Assembly (NCBI GenBank): GCA_037446635.1
Contig: JBBIIG010000011.1
Span: forward strand, 30,499 to 94,498
DNA: 64,000 nt
Source: a bacterium
GTDB taxonomy: Bacteria > Zhuqueibacterota > Zhuqueibacteria > Oceanimicrobiales > Oceanimicrobiaceae
Reading direction: 5' to 3'
In this document: positions 62,725-64,000 of the stretch, one piece after another
Layout of the letters: each line of letters begins with the position of its first letter
Position numbering within the stretch: the stretch's first letter is position 1
Translations under genes and position numbers: made by a program
The notes under the pieces: model-generated
Seen by the model: only the letters and a program-made list of their open reading frames with translations
Database searches by the model: none
Told to the model about the DNA's origin: nothing

Positions 62725-64000
62725 ATGCGTGAAGTAGCTATTACCCTACTCGGGCAGGCAGATTCTGGTGTAACCCCAGAGAGTGACTTAATCTTATCAA
62801 AAGTTTACTCAGCAACTGAGGAAATAATCGACGAGATTAAGGAACAATATCTGGAAGATGCAACTCCTTGGGTCGTGGGTTTTTCTGGCGGCAAGGATAG
62901 CACAGCTGTTCTGCAACTTATCTTTTATGCGCTAAGCGAACTCTCACCATCCGAACTGACAAAAGAAATCCATGTTTTGTCCAACGATACTTTAGTAGAG
63001 AATCCAAACGTAGTTAAATTTTTGGACGAGCAGCTTGAGCGGATTCGAGTTGCTGGCAAAACAAAACTCTTCGCCCATAATCCCGATCTCTTTAGTGTTT
63101 TCAAATCTACTCCAAAATTAGAGGACACCTTTTGGCTTAATTTGATTGGCAAGGGCTATCCGTCTCCCAATCGTTGGTTCCGCTGGTGCACGGAACGAAT
63201 GAAGATCAATCCCACAAATGAATACATTCTAAACACAGTTAACAAACATGGGAAAGCTATCATTGTGTTAGGAACTCGAAAAGCTGAATCAAGTAATCGA
63301 GCCGCCTCCATGAGTCAATATGAAATACCCGGGATTAGACTCCGAAAACACACCCTTCCCAATGCGTACGTTTTTGCCCCTATCGCGGAAATGACCAATC
63401 AGGAAGTCTGGGCCTACCTGATTAATACAGAGAATCCCTGGGGAACGGATAATCAAAAATTGCTGGATTTATACCGTAGCGCCTCGGACGTTATGGAGTG
63501 TCCTCTTGTTATTGATACCACCACACCAAGTTGTGGAAATTCGCGTTTTGGCTGTTGGGTGTGTACAGTAGTAGATAAAGATCGTTCCATGTCACACATG
63601 ATTATGAACGGCGAAGAATGGATGCAGCCGTTAATTGAATTTCGGGATTGGTTATATGAAATCCGAGATGACGAAAGCAAACGAGAAAACATTCGGCGCA
63701 ACAATCAGCCTGGAATCGGACCCTTTAAAATCGAAGTCAGAAAAGAAATACTGGAGCGCCTCCTGCAAATTGAAGTCAAAGTAGGTTATGAACTGATAAC
63801 GAAACCCGAGTTAATAGCCATTCAATATCAGTGGAATTACGATGGTAATTTTCGTTACTCGGTTGCCGACATATTTGCAAGTATTAAAGGAGATCGCACC
63901 ATGATTCCTCAAGATCAAAATTCTGAGCGCAGAAGTGAGGAGTTTGAAATTCTCGAAGCAGTTTGTCGGGACTACAATATCAAGTCGGATCATATCAAAG
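62725..64000 (+). CDS. dndC: DNA phosphorothioation sulfurtransferase DndC (partial, runs off the window)
   Basis: Own translation: PWVVGFSGGKDST, SNDTLVENP, FWLNLIGKGYPSP, RWCTERMKI, LGTRKAES, CPLVID...SCGNSRFGCWVCTVV; not in the ORF track because there is no stop in the window. Confidence 0.93.
   Translation, partial: MREVAITLLGQADSGVTPESDLILSKVYSATEEIIDEIKEQYLEDATPWVVGFSGGKDSTAVLQLIFYALSELSPSELTKEIHVLSNDTLVENPNVVKFLDEQLERIRVAGKTKLFAHNPDLFSVFKSTPKLEDTFWLNLIGKGYPSPNRWFRWCTERMKINPTNEYILNTVNKHGKAIIVLGTRKAESSNRAASMSQYEIPGIRLRKHTLPNAYVFAPIAEMTNQEVWAYLINTENPWGTDNQKLLDLYRSASDVMECPLVIDTTTPSCGNSRFGCWVCTVVDKDRSMSHMIMNGEEWMQPLIEFRDWLYEIRDDESKRENIRRNNQPGIGPFKIEVRKEILERLLQIEVKVGYELITKPELIAIQYQWNYDGNFRYSVADIFASIKGDRTMIPQDQNSERRSEEFEILEAVCRDYNIKSDHIK

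Overview
64 kb of bacterial chromosome, mostly GC-rich with short AT-rich islets. The gene set (QNYPNPF-type C-terminal export domain, contiguous F1Fo operon, TIGR03545/6 pair) suggests an FCB-group lineage such as KSB1/Calditrichota; this is inference only. The core block is rarA, lptD-like, parA, parB, M23 peptidase, bactofilin and the atp operon (atpZ/I-B-E-F-H-A-G-D-C), plus sppA, tex, peptidases, DinB-family genes and two toxin-antitoxin modules. Signals the ORF track misses or misreads: (1) an AhpD/CMD-like selenoprotein (59621-60163, minus strand) split at an in-frame TGA in a CHYU motif, followed by an fdhF-like SECIS hairpin; (2) a DndC DNA phosphorothioation gene opening an AT-rich island and running off the right edge; (3) a coupled ParB-CTPase-like and spore-photoproduct-lyase-like radical SAM pair, divergent from a 3-methyladenine glycosylase, a candidate undescribed DNA-repair module; (4) a palindromic element inserted in frame in that radical SAM gene; (5) a ParDE cassette flanked by two nearly synonymous copies of the lptD 3' end; (6) oligomer-repeat hairpins at four atp junctions; (7) many REP-like palindromes, several overlapping stop codons; (8) three single-base frameshifts. 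No rRNA, tRNA or CRISPR array was recognised. Family calls come from motif recognition, not database searches.
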